A DNA stretch of 62,123 bases, the filler included. It is 9 parts of 9 records of this genome, joined end to end, with 100 filler letters (N's around TTAATTAATTAA, not from the genome) between each part and the next. Parts side by side here need not be neighbours in the genome. Positions count along the whole stretch, not along the records: positions 40,581 to 48,641 come from SRR31147125_99065; positions 48,742 to 53,925 come from SRR31147125_99066; positions 54,026 to 62,123 come from SRR31147125_99083; 6 more parts are not named here. The stretch is one strand, 5' to 3'. Under the pieces are notes generated by a model. That model was not told where the DNA came from. It made no database searches and worked only from the letters and a program-made list of their open reading frames with translations. Numbering within the stretch: the first letter of the stretch is position 1; every line of letters starts with the position of its first letter. Both the position numbers and the translations under genes were made by a program. Shown here piece after piece: positions 42,571-54,121 of this stretch.

Positions 42571-45500
42571 TTACACTCGTGGGCATTCATCGTCTGTCTC
42601 GGTACCTCCCGCATCGGGACTCGTCATCTCAATGAGCCTGTGCCGTGCGCCCCCCCGTGTCATCCAATGTCGTCCCTTTTCGCATGTACCTTGCCAGATC
42701 TGGGTACTCCTCAATAGCCTCTCCATGACGCAGGAGTTCTTCATGTACTGTTCGTAAGAGAGAATCCAATTCTTCCACCTCCTTGTCCGCGTTGTATAGG
42801 TTGTTTTGGAGAATGCGGATCTGAATGAAAGCGTAAGATGCTTCCTTCCTTCCTTCCTGACTTCTCTCATCTACCTTTTGATCTGCCATCTCTTTGTACT
42901 GCCCGACGTATTGTCGCATATGATCAATTTCAGACGAGATTCGCGTCGCATCTTGCACGGCAGCCTCATACTTGATCCTCATTTGGGACAACTAGTGGAC
43001 GTTAGCGGGGCCAATCGTGCACCACCACCACACACCTCTTGCTCCAGGGACATCCTGCTCCGCGCCTGATCCTCGTTGTCCGTGGTTCCTCGTGTACTTG
43101 TGATGAACTCAATCTGTTGCAAAAGAGACTCCTTCTCATTTTCCACAAGGCGGATCTTGAGATGGGCACGCTGGAGTTCCCCTTGCATCTGAGACACAGT
43201 AAAACGTGTCTGACACAGCGCGGAGACGGTCGGTCCGGTGCTCTTGTTTCCCGTTTTCGGAGATCAACCCACCTGATTTCCTTGAAATTTGAGATCGTCT
43301 ACAGATGATTGGGCATCTCGTAGCATCCGTTTCAGGTGTGGAATCTCGTCTAGAGACCTTCTCATCTCCACAACCTCTGATCGGGCAGACTGCAGGGCAA
43401 CATCGGTGGAATGCAAGATCTCCATGGTCTCTTGCATCTAGAGAGGCACAGATCAGACAGATTCCCTACGAGTTCCAACCCACCTGATGCGTGAGGTCGG
43501 CAACACGATGTTGTTCTTCGTTCAGGTGGTCCTGAAGGCGTGTGACCTCCTCGGCTGCCATGCGCAAATCCTTCACTTCCGTTGTGAAATCTTCAACTTG
43601 GCTCTGGAGATCACACTCCCGACGGGAGGCTTGCTGTTTCACTGTCTCGATTTCTTCACGGAGTTCTTGCATCGTCTCCGCCTCTTTCTGAAGACTTTGT
43701 ACAAGAGAAGACTGATGCTCGAGCAACTGTTGCGTGGAGGTGAGTTCTTCGGTTACACGATTCAGATGTTCTTCCGTCTGCATAAGGGAGGATCACGACA
43801 CCAGAAAACAGACGCGCGACAACAACGTACGACAGCGCGAGCGGTTCGCTCTTCACGGAGAGCGGCATCAACAGAGGCTGCCTTGGACATCTCTACAGCT
43901 ATCATCTCCTGCATGTGCTTTGCATCACCCGATGTACGTTCTTGTGCCGCCGCAAGCTCTTCCTCCAACTCCTACACAGAAGAAACAAACTGAGATCGTT
44001 GAGGATGAAGCATATCCAAACCTTTGCACGCCCTTGGAGGATGGTTAACTGCTCTTGTAGGGTGTGTGTGAAACTTGAAGAATCGGCCAAGAGATCTTTG
44101 AGTTCCTCTACTTGTTTCTGTTCCTGGGATCAGAGCGAGGCGAGGCGCTGATTAATCGTACCTCAAGTTCTTCCACTTGTGCATTCTGCACGCTCCGTTC
44201 ATTGTCGGCAAATGTGAGTTGCTCCTCCTAATCCCGCCCAGAGAATCAGAACGGAGGACCCATGGAACGTACGTACGTACATAGTGTTGACGAAGTTCGA
44301 CCATCTCCTGTTCCTTCTCCTTGTACACACACACACACACACAAGTCAGGTACGCATAGGATGGATCTCGCACCTGCACGGCATCTTGTGCTCTCTTGAC
44401 ATCTGTTTGTGCATCCTCAAGTCTACCGTTCTCGGTTTCCTGTGTGTTTCGGGCCCGTCAGACGCAGACCAGCAGCAGGGATGCAGACCTGAAGGTCTCG
44501 CATCCGCCAAGCAAGTTCGCGATCCTTGGCAACAAGAGCAGCTGCGGTTCCGCAACTCTTGGCACTCTCGCGTTGCAGGGCCTCCAGGACTTGATTCATC
44601 ACCTTTGACACATAAGAATTAGCATGTGTGTGTGTGTGTGTGTGTGTAGCGCCACGCAACACACCTCACGACCCTCCGTCAACTTCTGATTGCTTTCCTC
44701 GAGTTCCTTCACCAGGATTTCCTCCCTTTCTTCAAGGTCACGGATTCTCTGCGCCTCCAAGGCACCACCGGATTGCGCTTGCATGAGTTTATCCGAGAGC
44801 TCGGTAAGTTGGGACTTCATCTGCGACAACGATGAGAAGTGCCATTGAGAGGTTGTTCCTCCCAAACCTCCTCCTTTTCCGCCTGAAGATGTGCGACCTT
44901 TGTCTTCCACTCCTTTTGGTCTTCAAAGAGTTCCTCACCCTTTTCAGAATGATCGCTGCATTCCTCTGTGGTGGGTGTGAGTCGCTTGCACTTGGCATGC
45001 AACAACCGACCTCAATCGAATGATCAACAGCGATTTGTAGTTGTTCCAATTCTTCCAGGTCCGATGCAACATGTTCCACCGCTTGAACTTGCTCAGAAAG
45101 ACGCTGTACTTCTCGAACGGCCTCCTCGTAGCGTGTTTTGTAGTCGTCATGTTTGTATTGATGCTCAATGTCCGCTAGATCCTTCTTGTGTTTCTTGTAC
45201 ACCAAACGAAGATCATTCTGTTGTTTGTGTCAGCCAGCCACCCTTACAAAGGGATTTCACGTACTTGAAGGTTCTTGGTCATGGTGATCTGCTCAGAAAG
45301 CTTCTCCTTTGCCTTTTCTTCACGAAGAAGAGCAGCCTGCATCACCTCCCGCATTTCATCTGCTTCGTGAAGAAGAAGACGATCGTTCTGGTCGCTCTCT
45401 TCCTGTGCAATTTCAAAGGCATGGATACGTTCCAGAAGATCATGGATCACACTGAGAGGAAACAACGACGCAGTCAGCCATTGTGGAAAGGGAGGAGGAG

Positions 45501-48500
45501 AAGCGAACGAACCCCTCAAGGTTTCCCTTTTCGTCTGATAGGCTGTCAAACACCCGCTGGGTCGCTAGATTGGCCTCCTGGGTACTCACAACGCTCTCCT
45601 CAAGGGATTGAATCGTACGACTCATTTGATCACACCGATCTTCAAGCTCCTTCGTGTACGTCTTGAGGTGTATCCGCTCCTCGTTACTCTCTTGTAGGGC
45701 AGCGGCTTGAGCATGCTCTGTCTGCATCTCCAACTGTTCCAGGCGAGTATATACATTCAACAGTTCGCCTTCCCGTTCTGCCAATGTGGCGTTCATCGTT
45801 TCAAGAGAATCCTCCCGTACGTGCAGATCCTCCTCCTTTCTTCTCAATTCCTCTTGGAAGGACGCAACCTCTTCCCTCAGCAACTCGTTGCTAATCGTTG
45901 CACTTTCAAATCGCATGCGGAGCGTGTTGGGTGTTGCTTCAGAACCAGACAGACGAGAAGAACCGCACAAAGATGATCCACATGTCGATGGCCTCTCAAC
46001 ACTCAGCGGGCCGGGTCGGGAGGGAGTAGTAAAGGACAATATCTGCTCTGCTGCCTGTTTTTCTTCAAATTCATGCAGACGTAGCTCGAGCTGTGCAATG
46101 GTGTGTCGCAGTTCAGTGTTCTCTCCCTTGTATTCCGATAGTTTCCCCTCAAAATCTTCTTGCAGTGCACGCAACTTCCTGGTCTCACGCTCCCAGTGCA
46201 GTGTATCAGCTTGACGGAGTACGCGCTCGCTTTGTTTGATTCCTTCTTCTTGGACGACCGGAGAAGCTGCCACCTCGAGAGACTGGGACGATTTCAGTCG
46301 TCGGATCTGGGTGAGTCCACGGCACGTACTTTCAGAACCTGCATCACAGTGTGCTGAAGCGAGTCGGAGATGGGCTTATCCAATTCAGCTTGAAGCTCCA
46401 CGAGCTCAAGGAATACTCGTTCGTTTTCCTGATTCTGTTCTGTCCACGCCGTAGCACTCTCATCTGCACGGGAAAGAAGACCTGCAACTTCCATTTGCAA
46501 TTGATCGAGTCTTCCTAGTGCGACAAGGCCCTACACAAGCGCAGATTCAGTTGAGACAACAACAGTGAAGATCCTTACCTCGTCTGTGTCAAGAACGGCC
46601 TTTTCCAGTGTCTCGGCATCCGCCTCAGCTTGGGCCGCACGATTCTCAGCCTCCTCTACTTCTTGCCTGGCATCAGCGAGATGGGTTTGTAAGGTGTAGA
46701 ACATATGTTTGTGGAGTGACAATTCCTCCAATACGTGATCCAATTCCTGAGGAGAGTGTGGGCGGTGGATATTTTCCGCGAGAAAAAAGTCGGTACCTCA
46801 GTTCTCGCTCTGAAATCTCGAAGGGATGTGTTCAGCACCATTTCTTTTTCATCTAGCTGTTTGCGGAGAAGGAGAGCCTCCGATGCAGCCTCCTGTCGTC
46901 CTTGTGCATGTTGTTCCAAGGCAAAACGATGGTCTTCCGCCGTGCGTCGAAGTTCCTCTACCTGATGCTCCAACGACTTGCGTGTATCGCGCAACTCGGC
47001 CTCCATGGAAGTTCGATCTGCCCGAGAAGATTCAAGATCTCTCCGAAGCCGTGTCACAGTTTCTTCGAAGGTATCCAGAGATGCCGCCTGGTATTCTCTC
47101 CCGTGTGAGTTCATCAAAGAAGGGGACGGAGGGGGAAACTTACCCGAGTGGTGAGCTCGTTCTCTAGCTCATCAATGCGTGCACGAAAAGTATTTTCCTT
47201 TTGACCCCATGACTCGCGTCTTGCTGCTAACGATTGGCGTGAAGCCTCGAGTTCCTTTGCAAGATCCTCACTCTATGGGACGAAATCAGCCTGTGTGCAT
47301 GTTTAGAAGGGAGGGGCAAACTACCTCTTGTTGCTCTCTTCGTAAGGTTACAACCATATTTTGGAGTTCCGGCAGGGTGTTTAGCTGTTCTTGATAGTGC
47401 GTCAATTCTTGCATCACACTCTCTTGACGTCTTTCGAGAAGTGTTTCTAAATCCTGCTTGGTGCGATAAGAGCAAGGCACACGCACACACACAGGGTCCA
47501 GAACAGTACCTCAATCTCTTGTTCTAAGCGTCCACGTTCATTTTCCAATGCTCGTGTCTTTTCCTCTAACTCCGTTTGTGTTGTGACAACTTTTTGTTCG
47601 GAGATCTGTGCGACATGACAGAATAAGACGACAAGGGACAATCCATCCACTCTGTTATCTGTTACCATGGTTCGTTTCTCCAGATCTCCTTTTTCCGTGT
47701 TCCACATACGTTCACGCTCCACGATTTCTTCTTGGAGACGCCTTAATTCATTGCGTATCCCCTGCACATGTGTGCCCGTGTCAGTGTGTGTCAGAACGGG
47801 TGGGGAGGGAGGGGGCACCTCTGCTTCTTCCTAGATCTGTCTAGATCCTCCTCGAGACGTGCATTCGCTCCACGAATCCGATCCCGTTCCTCCCTCAACT
47901 GGGTTCCACGCTCTCGCAGACCTGTCAACTCGGTGACATTGTACTTGAATAACTTCGCTTGGGACTTGCACTGCTCCTTCCATTCATTGATTTCTGCCGC
48001 CTAGCACCACACCAATCAATCCAGTGCCTCCGTTCCCCCGTTCTCCTGACGGACCTGCTTCGATAGGCGTTCCTTCATCGTCTTCTCCTCCATCTGGGCA
48101 TCTGCTAATCGGTGCGACAAATCTTTCGCACGGTTACACTTGGCTCGATAGACCACGTGAAGTCGCTTCCCTTCTTCTTGGATGCGATGGTATTCGGCCT
48201 GACAGATCACAACATGTTGGTCGCGCCTTCCCCCCTCTCTCTCGAGACAAAACCTGATAGGCCTTCACATCCTCTTGCGAATTGATAAGATCAACATACA
48301 ACTCATGGGCGCGCGTCGCCAGGCGTGTCATCCCGTCCCGGAGAGTGGCTTCGGTTTGGTGACTCTCGCCGAGTGCTGTTTCCAACTGAAGACACCGCGA
48401 ACAACAAGAAGAGAGCACAGGAGGGGGAGACACTGCTGTGGCAGGCACGGGTCCAGGACTCATGCCCCACACAGGTCTCGCTACCACGGGAGTTCGCGAA

Positions 48501-48641
48501 GAGACTTGGAGGGCTCCTTGGGGACCCCTCGCACGTCTGGGTGTGAAGAATTGTGTACCATCCTTGCCAGGGGTCTGTTCGTGGGTGAGAGGCACGCCAC
48601 CATCTCCCCTCCACACAGCGCGCGCGTCCCTCCCCCCCCCC
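42571..48641 (-). CDS. Large multi-exon eukaryotic coiled-coil protein; 5' end probably truncated, stop at 42629 or 42571
   Basis: A succession of E/Q/R/L-rich heptad exons separated by short GT...AG introns; no globular domain recognised; not all exons traced. Confidence 0.75.
44325..44343. repeat. (CA)n microsatellite in an intron
   Basis: acacacacacacacacaca. Confidence 0.85.
44625..44647. repeat. (TG)n microsatellite in an intron
   Basis: tgtgtgtgtgtgtgtgtgtgtgt. Confidence 0.85.
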
Positions 48642-48741
48642 NNNNNNNNNNNNNNNNNNNNNNNNNNNNNNNNNNNNNNNNNNNNTTAATTAATTAANNN
48701 NNNNNNNNNNNNNNNNNNNNNNNNNNNNNNNNNNNNNNNNN
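48642..48741. other. Artificial contig linker
   Basis: N44-TTAATTAATTAA-N44. Confidence 0.98.
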
Positions 48742-48776
48742 GGGTATAAATATTTTATATGCTCGTTTCATATTCT

Positions 48777-51059
48777 CTATTCTTCTGATAATTCAATAAT
48801 CTCCTGACCATAAGGGCTTAACTTTAACGACAGGATTCCTTCTTGTAACTGTTTTCCCTTAAATGTTCCAAAATCGATATTAGATAACAAGCCTTTAACC
48901 TGAGACATCTTTTCAGGAAGCACCCACGGGATATTTATTTTTCTGGATTTATCGCCAGCGCTTCCCCTTAAAACCACTACTGCACCGCAACCATCAGAAT
49001 TCAATTTCCCCCACCAATGCCAGTCTGTATCGCTTGGTTCTGGAACGCCACTGTATTGGAAACTGGAATAAACACCGTATTTCTGTTGAAGTTGTTCCAG
49101 CATAGCAAAGCGACTTTGGTATTGATCAATATTTTCTTCTGTCAGCGAAGTTATGTCGCCCGAAAATGAAAGCGGGGCTCCCATAAACCAACTACAGATT
49201 TGTCTGTCAAGAATTTCGGAGCTAAGACTTCCGTTAAAGTTTGTTGTTACTGCCCCGAATACTTCAATTCTGTCCAACGGTAATCCACGGTGGGCATACC
49301 ATAAATTACGGGCCCGATAAGCACCCTTAATTAGTTTATTCTGCAGTTCCTGTACATCATATTCCCAAGAATCATTAACCAGTTGTTTCCGGTGGCCGGC
49401 ACCCCAATATTCGTTCGGCGCTGAATGATACGAATCGGCATGTTTTAAAACGGCAATATCGGCTTCCGGACCGGGAGTTTCCCAGTAAATTTCGTGCGAC
49501 AATTGTAACCACACGTTAGGCGCCTGTTTATGAATTTCATCCTGTGTGGCCAGCATTCCCCGAATTCCCCGCAGGTACGATTCTTTTAAAGTTCGGCTTT
49601 CGTGCCCCTTGGCAATATCACCAAAGCATACGTTACTTAAATCCTGTTTGAAATAGTCTGCCTGATAAGTTTTATGTAAGTAAACGATGTCGTTTATATA
49701 TTGCTCCCGCGATTTATTGTAGCAGAAACTGAGTCCGAGACCGCCGGCTCTTTTTATAAGCGGCAAACTGTATAAAACAGGCTCCTTTTCGTTTTTTTCA
49801 ACCTGTTGCTCGTTAATAAACACCGAATACCACAGTCCGGCTTTCATGTTTTTTGAAAGGATGAATTTATTTAAATCTTTCAGGTTAGGGAATTTATTCA
49901 AGTTGGGATTAGGAGTTGAAACTGCCCACCCACCGTTAGGTTCTGTATCTGACCAACCGGCATCGAGCTGAAAACATTTAAATCCCATACGAGAAGCAAT
50001 TCCAGCGGCCTCGCGCATATTTTTATCGTTGATATTTGCTCCGTAATTGGTCCATGTACAGAAAACAGGCGCGATACTTTTATTCAATCCAACCGGTTTG
50101 AGAATATGCTGATTGAGAAAAGTTTGAAAATCAGTTTCAACAGTGCGGTCTAATGCCGTTGATACAGCCGATATGGTTGAATAACTTTCGCCTGAAAAGC
50201 CGTACATAAAAACCGGTTCTGATACAAACGATTCTGATGGCCCCAATACCCATTCGAAATAATCGGGATTGTATCCGGATGCTCCTTCATTGGTAATTAA
50301 ACGCAGTTTTGAGGGAAATTCGCTTGCTGAAATGATACCACAAGACGCTACAGAATCGTGAAATGCAACCAGGCTTGAACAAATCTCCCTTGAATCGGGA
50401 GCCAAAAGTGTTTGATTGGAATAGGAATTTTCGATAAGAATGTCGTCGATTTTTAAATTCTCAATCTTTACCCAAAATTCTCCTTTATTCGTAAATTCTA
50501 TCCATTTACGGATAACCGGGTAGTTCTCATAAATCTCGTAAATAATGTTTGCTGAAATCCCGTTCCACTCTTTTTTATTCAATTTACAGGTAAGTACAAG
50601 CCTTGTTTTTTCCGGGTTCTGTGATTTGATTGAATAGCTGACATTTTCAAAAATTTCGGACTGCTTTCCGGAAACATCTTCGCTATTAATCCATTGTACC
50701 GCTTGCTCGGTTTGAAGCTTATTCTTTTTAATATCAAGTGCATCGGTGTTATTTTGTTCCGTATCTTTTTGAGAAATACCGGTTTCCGAGATGTTGTCAA
50801 TACCGACAGGTTCGATGTTTGGCGAGGCTTTGCTTATTGTTACAGAAAATTCCTTGCTGCCTGATAAAATTTCTTTCCCTTTAACCAAAACTGAAATGGT
50901 TGAAGCTGTGTTTTCAGAAAGATTTATTTTTCGTTCCAGAATGCCTGCTTTAATTTGTAATTCACTTCCCTTTTTCTTTATTGACCAATTAGAAGTAGTA
51001 TCTGTGGAACAAGAAAAAAGAATAAATAACATAATGCTTATCAAAAATACCTGTTTCAT
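48777..51059 (-). CDS. Alpha-galactosidase-like glycoside hydrolase (GH36/clan D) lipoprotein
   Basis: Lipobox LFSC; FCTWTNY, FQLDAGW, KFPN, GLW, DYFKQD clan-D motifs. Confidence 0.75.
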   Translation of the reverse strand: MKQVFLISIMLFILFSCSTDTTSNWSIKKKGSELQIKAGILERKINLSENTASTISVLVKGKEILSGSKEFSVTISKASPNIEPVGIDNISETGISQKDTEQNNTDALDIKKNKLQTEQAVQWINSEDVSGKQSEIFENVSYSIKSQNPEKTRLVLTCKLNKKEWNGISANIIYEIYENYPVIRKWIEFTNKGEFWVKIENLKIDDILIENSYSNQTLLAPDSREICSSLVAFHDSVASCGIISASEFPSKLRLITNEGASGYNPDYFEWVLGPSESFVSEPVFMYGFSGESYSTISAVSTALDRTVETDFQTFLNQHILKPVGLNKSIAPVFCTWTNYGANINDKNMREAAGIASRMGFKCFQLDAGWSDTEPNGGWAVSTPNPNLNKFPNLKDLNKFILSKNMKAGLWYSVFINEQQVEKNEKEPVLYSLPLIKRAGGLGLSFCYNKSREQYINDIVYLHKTYQADYFKQDLSNVCFGDIAKGHESRTLKESYLRGIRGMLATQDEIHKQAPNVWLQLSHEIYWETPGPEADIAVLKHADSYHSAPNEYWGAGHRKQLVNDSWEYDVQELQNKLIKGAYRARNLWYAHRGLPLDRIEVFGAVTTNFNGSLSSEILDRQICSWFMGAPLSFSGDITSLTEENIDQYQSRFAMLEQLQQKYGVYSSFQYSGVPEPSDTDWHWWGKLNSDGCGAVVVLRGSAGDKSRKINIPWVLPEKMSQVKGLLSNIDFGTFKGKQLQEGILSLKLSPYGQEIIELSEE

Positions 51060-51075
51060 AATAAAAGGATTTAAT

Positions 51076-53289
51076 TTATTCTGTGCCCCAATTTTTATTC
51101 GGTTCCTGCCCCATTTCAAACTCCAGAACTCCACCATTCATAATAGTTTCATAATCAATCCACGACTGGTTAAATTCCTCGCCGTTAAATGTTGCCGACT
51201 GGATATAAAAATTGTCTTCGCTAACGTTATTGGCAATAATTTTAAAGTCGTTTCCATTATCTAAATGCAGTGTCATTTCGGGGAAAATAAGTGAGCCAAT
51301 TTGGTAAACAGTGCTCAACATATCCATCTGGAATAAGCCCATGGCACTCATTACAAACCACGAAGCCATTGCCCCGGTGTCGTCGTCCATACTTTCGATG
51401 TAGCCTTTTGTGTCGGCTCTGTAAATGCGGCTAACAACAGGCTCTTCAAAAAAGCCATGGTTGTGGTAGAGCTGCACCACTTCTTTGGTTGTAAATGTGC
51501 GCGCCCATTTCTGAGTGAGGTAAGGTTTACCATGCACGTTAAAGAGGTACGGATAATGAAAATCGGGTTCGTTCAGGTGCATATAAAAGTCGTTTTCGAA
51601 AAAATACTCCAGGTCATCGGCCAGTTTGTCGTGGCCTCCTCGCAGTTCTGCCAAACCATCAATATCGTGTAGTACCCACCAACGATAATGCCACAGGTTT
51701 CCTTCGTAAACATATTTCTTAAATACCTCCACATCGGAAACTGTCTGTCCATCGGGAGTAAAAAATCCACGAACATTTCCCTGATTATCGGTTTGTTCGG
51801 TACACCACATATTTTTGTAGACATTTGCAGCTTCCTCTAATTCTTTTACTTCATCGTGTTTGCCAAGTATTTTAGCCATTTTCATTGCAGCTGCCGCATG
51901 ATAAGCTTTTTCGAGTTGTGCACTTACATTATGTGAACTGAACTTTTCGTAATCCTCTTTCATTCCTTTAAAAGCCATCTCCAAATCAATATCAGATAGC
52001 CCTTTGTTATAAGCATCCATAAGTACATGACTGGTAAATTCCATGCGGATATTTGGTGTTGGCCAGTATTTGGGATCGCCGTTGTTGCGATGTTTGTAGT
52101 AATCTACCAACGAGCGGGAAATATTTTTAATGGTTTGTGGCTCGAAAAAAGAAAGGAGCGAATATTTACGAAAATCGTCCCATAAGCTCCAGGTGCAATA
52201 GTATGTAAAATCGTTGGCGGTAGTTTTTGTGCTAAACAAAGAGTCGGGCTGATTGGCCGCCCGGTAATCGCCGTTTGAAGAGGAGGCAATATTCGGCACC
52301 AGGTGTGAGTGATAAAAATGCGTATACAGCAAGGTTTTAAATTCATCGGAACCACCGGCAACCTCAATTTTCGAAAGTTTTTCGCGCCACACCGAAGCCA
52401 GTTCATTTCTCTCCCTGTCGAAATCCCAATCATTTATTTCAGTTGTTGCTTCGGCAAGTGCCAGTTCTTCGCTCACCGGCGACAAGCCAACTTTTATCTG
52501 CACTTCATTATCCGAATTTTCGGACATCTTCAGCCAAACTCCAATGTTATTCCCGTTTCGTTTGCTTTCGTCGCCATAATTTCCCGGGGTTTCCCAACTT
52601 GTTGCCGACTCAAAAGGCTTATCTAAAAGCATGGCAAAATACATTTTGTGGTAACTGCCTTTGCTGTTGTGTTGGCACTGAATCATCCCGGTAATTTTCT
52701 GCTTGTTATGAATTGTCAGGCTGGCATCCTGCATGCTCACATAACTGTGCGAAAGTTCGAGCACAATGTATCGGTCTTTCTTTTTTTCTTCGGGAAAAGT
52801 GTAACGATGAAAACCAACACGTTTTGAAGTGGTTAGCTCTGCTTTTACGCCAGATTCCAAAGTTAAGGTGTAATATCCCGGCGATGCTTCCTCTGATTGT
52901 TTATCGTAACGCTCACGAAACTCATCAATTTTTGTTGTGAACTTCCCTATTCCGGGTTTCACCAAAATCCCACCGCCTTTTCCTCTTGAACCGGCTCCGC
53001 CAATTCGAAGATGCGAGAATCCTTCAATAAATTCATCTTCGTAATAATAACCCACATGCGAATCGCCTTCGGTTTCGGGCGAAAGATGAACCATGCCAAA
53101 CGGATACGCCGGCCCCGGATAAAGCATACCGTTATCGCCTTCGGTACAAATAAAGAGATCGACATATTTTAGCGGGTCAACCTTGTTTTGCAGAGTGCCG
53201 GAGTTCGATGAGCAACCTACAAAAATTAGAAAAATTAATGCGGTATAAACACTACTAATTCGGCGTGATTTTATTGATTTTGTATTCAT
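51076..53289 (-). CDS. GH92 alpha-mannosidase family protein
   Basis: YPGPAYPFGMVHLSPET, GFSH, WSLWDDFR, EGNLWHYRW, NEPDFH, DDDTGAMASWFV. Confidence 0.92.
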   Translation of the reverse strand: MNTKSIKSRRISSVYTALIFLIFVGCSSNSGTLQNKVDPLKYVDLFICTEGDNGMLYPGPAYPFGMVHLSPETEGDSHVGYYYEDEFIEGFSHLRIGGAGSRGKGGGILVKPGIGKFTTKIDEFRERYDKQSEEASPGYYTLTLESGVKAELTTSKRVGFHRYTFPEEKKKDRYIVLELSHSYVSMQDASLTIHNKQKITGMIQCQHNSKGSYHKMYFAMLLDKPFESATSWETPGNYGDESKRNGNNIGVWLKMSENSDNEVQIKVGLSPVSEELALAEATTEINDWDFDRERNELASVWREKLSKIEVAGGSDEFKTLLYTHFYHSHLVPNIASSSNGDYRAANQPDSLFSTKTTANDFTYYCTWSLWDDFRKYSLLSFFEPQTIKNISRSLVDYYKHRNNGDPKYWPTPNIRMEFTSHVLMDAYNKGLSDIDLEMAFKGMKEDYEKFSSHNVSAQLEKAYHAAAAMKMAKILGKHDEVKELEEAANVYKNMWCTEQTDNQGNVRGFFTPDGQTVSDVEVFKKYVYEGNLWHYRWWVLHDIDGLAELRGGHDKLADDLEYFFENDFYMHLNEPDFHYPYLFNVHGKPYLTQKWARTFTTKEVVQLYHNHGFFEEPVVSRIYRADTKGYIESMDDDTGAMASWFVMSAMGLFQMDMLSTVYQIGSLIFPEMTLHLDNGNDFKIIANNVSEDNFYIQSATFNGEEFNQSWIDYETIMNGGVLEFEMGQEPNKNWGTE

Positions 53290-53300
53290 CGTTTATTGAT

Positions 53301-53925
53301 TTAGTTAGAATAGTATGGTCCATGAATTGCCTTTATTCTGAAATTCTCTTCCGAGTCGTCAAGAATATAAATAAGATAGGTTTCACCTCCGGGATTAACT
53401 CGGATAACAATGTGTCCTTGCCTGCTTTTCATCTGATCGATCCGGCCACCAATAACAGTATGAATTTCGTCCATAATATTTGTAGCAAAAACGTCGCGTT
53501 CGCCCGGGTAAGTTGAAGTCGACATGATACGCGCCAATACCGACGGAGAAGGATGACTGGGAGACCATGTTTGAATTATATGCACCCTCGGACGCACAGC
53601 TTGAAGAAAAGAATAACTCATGGCATCGTAGTATGCATGGTGGTTTGCCAGGCATACATCCACCGGGCCGGTAACCAAACCAATCGGAGTTTCAATGTCC
53701 TGCCATTGGCCGGGAACACCACCAGATATTATATCGCCACCGTTAAAATAATCGAACTTACCGTAGCTTAAACGAAAGGCAATGCTGCACATATTTTCGC
53801 TGGGATAATCTTTTTCCTCCAAATCTTCAAGCAGAGGAAAATGATTTCGCTCGTTGTTGCCAACACCTGTCCAAATATGCCCGTTAGCTGCAATGTTTCT
53901 AATCTCAAAATTCGAATAGCTACCA
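53301..53925 (-). CDS. MBL-fold (ComEC/Rec2-like) hydrolase, 5' truncated
   Basis: SENMCS, YGKFDYFNGGD, ANHHA, WSPSHP. Confidence 0.7.
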
Positions 53926-54025
53926 NNNNNNNNNNNNNNNNNNNNNNNNNNNNNNNNNNNNNNNNNNNNTTAATTAATTAANNNNNNNNNNNNNNNNNNN
54001 NNNNNNNNNNNNNNNNNNNNNNNNN
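53926..54025. other. Artificial contig linker
   Basis: N44-TTAATTAATTAA-N44. Confidence 0.98.
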
Positions 54026-54052
54026 GTACTCTACCAACTGAGCTATGCCCGC
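54026..54052 (-). tRNA. 5' fragment of a tRNA, probably tRNA-Gly (anticodon not visible)
   Basis: Minus strand GCGGGCATAGCTCAGTTGGTAGAGTAC is an acceptor stem plus D-arm; the GCGGG start is typical of tRNA-Gly. Confidence 0.8.
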
Positions 54053-54070
54053 TCAATGAATTAATTTTGC

Positions 54071-54099
54071 AACCTACCTCAAAAAAGAGATTTTGTCAA
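54071..54099 (-). promoter_or_regulatory. Sigma-70 promoter for the tRNA
   Basis: TTGACA-N17-TAGGTT. Confidence 0.65.
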
Positions 54100-54121
54100 T
54101 AACTCTAAAAATAATTTTATG

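Noticed and set aside
40581..48641. Alternative genetic code or non-canonical introns in the eukaryotic contig
   Set aside because: The NOP14 exons splice cleanly with GT-AG and the standard code; the one phase mismatch seen in the coiled-coil gene (~47830) fits a single-base homopolymer error
6400..54025. Eight identical TTAATTAATTAA motifs flanked by N-runs, as a biological repeat
   Set aside because: Fixed 100-nt artificial linkers with stops in all six frames; composition and taxonomy change across each one, so no cross-contig operon can be inferred
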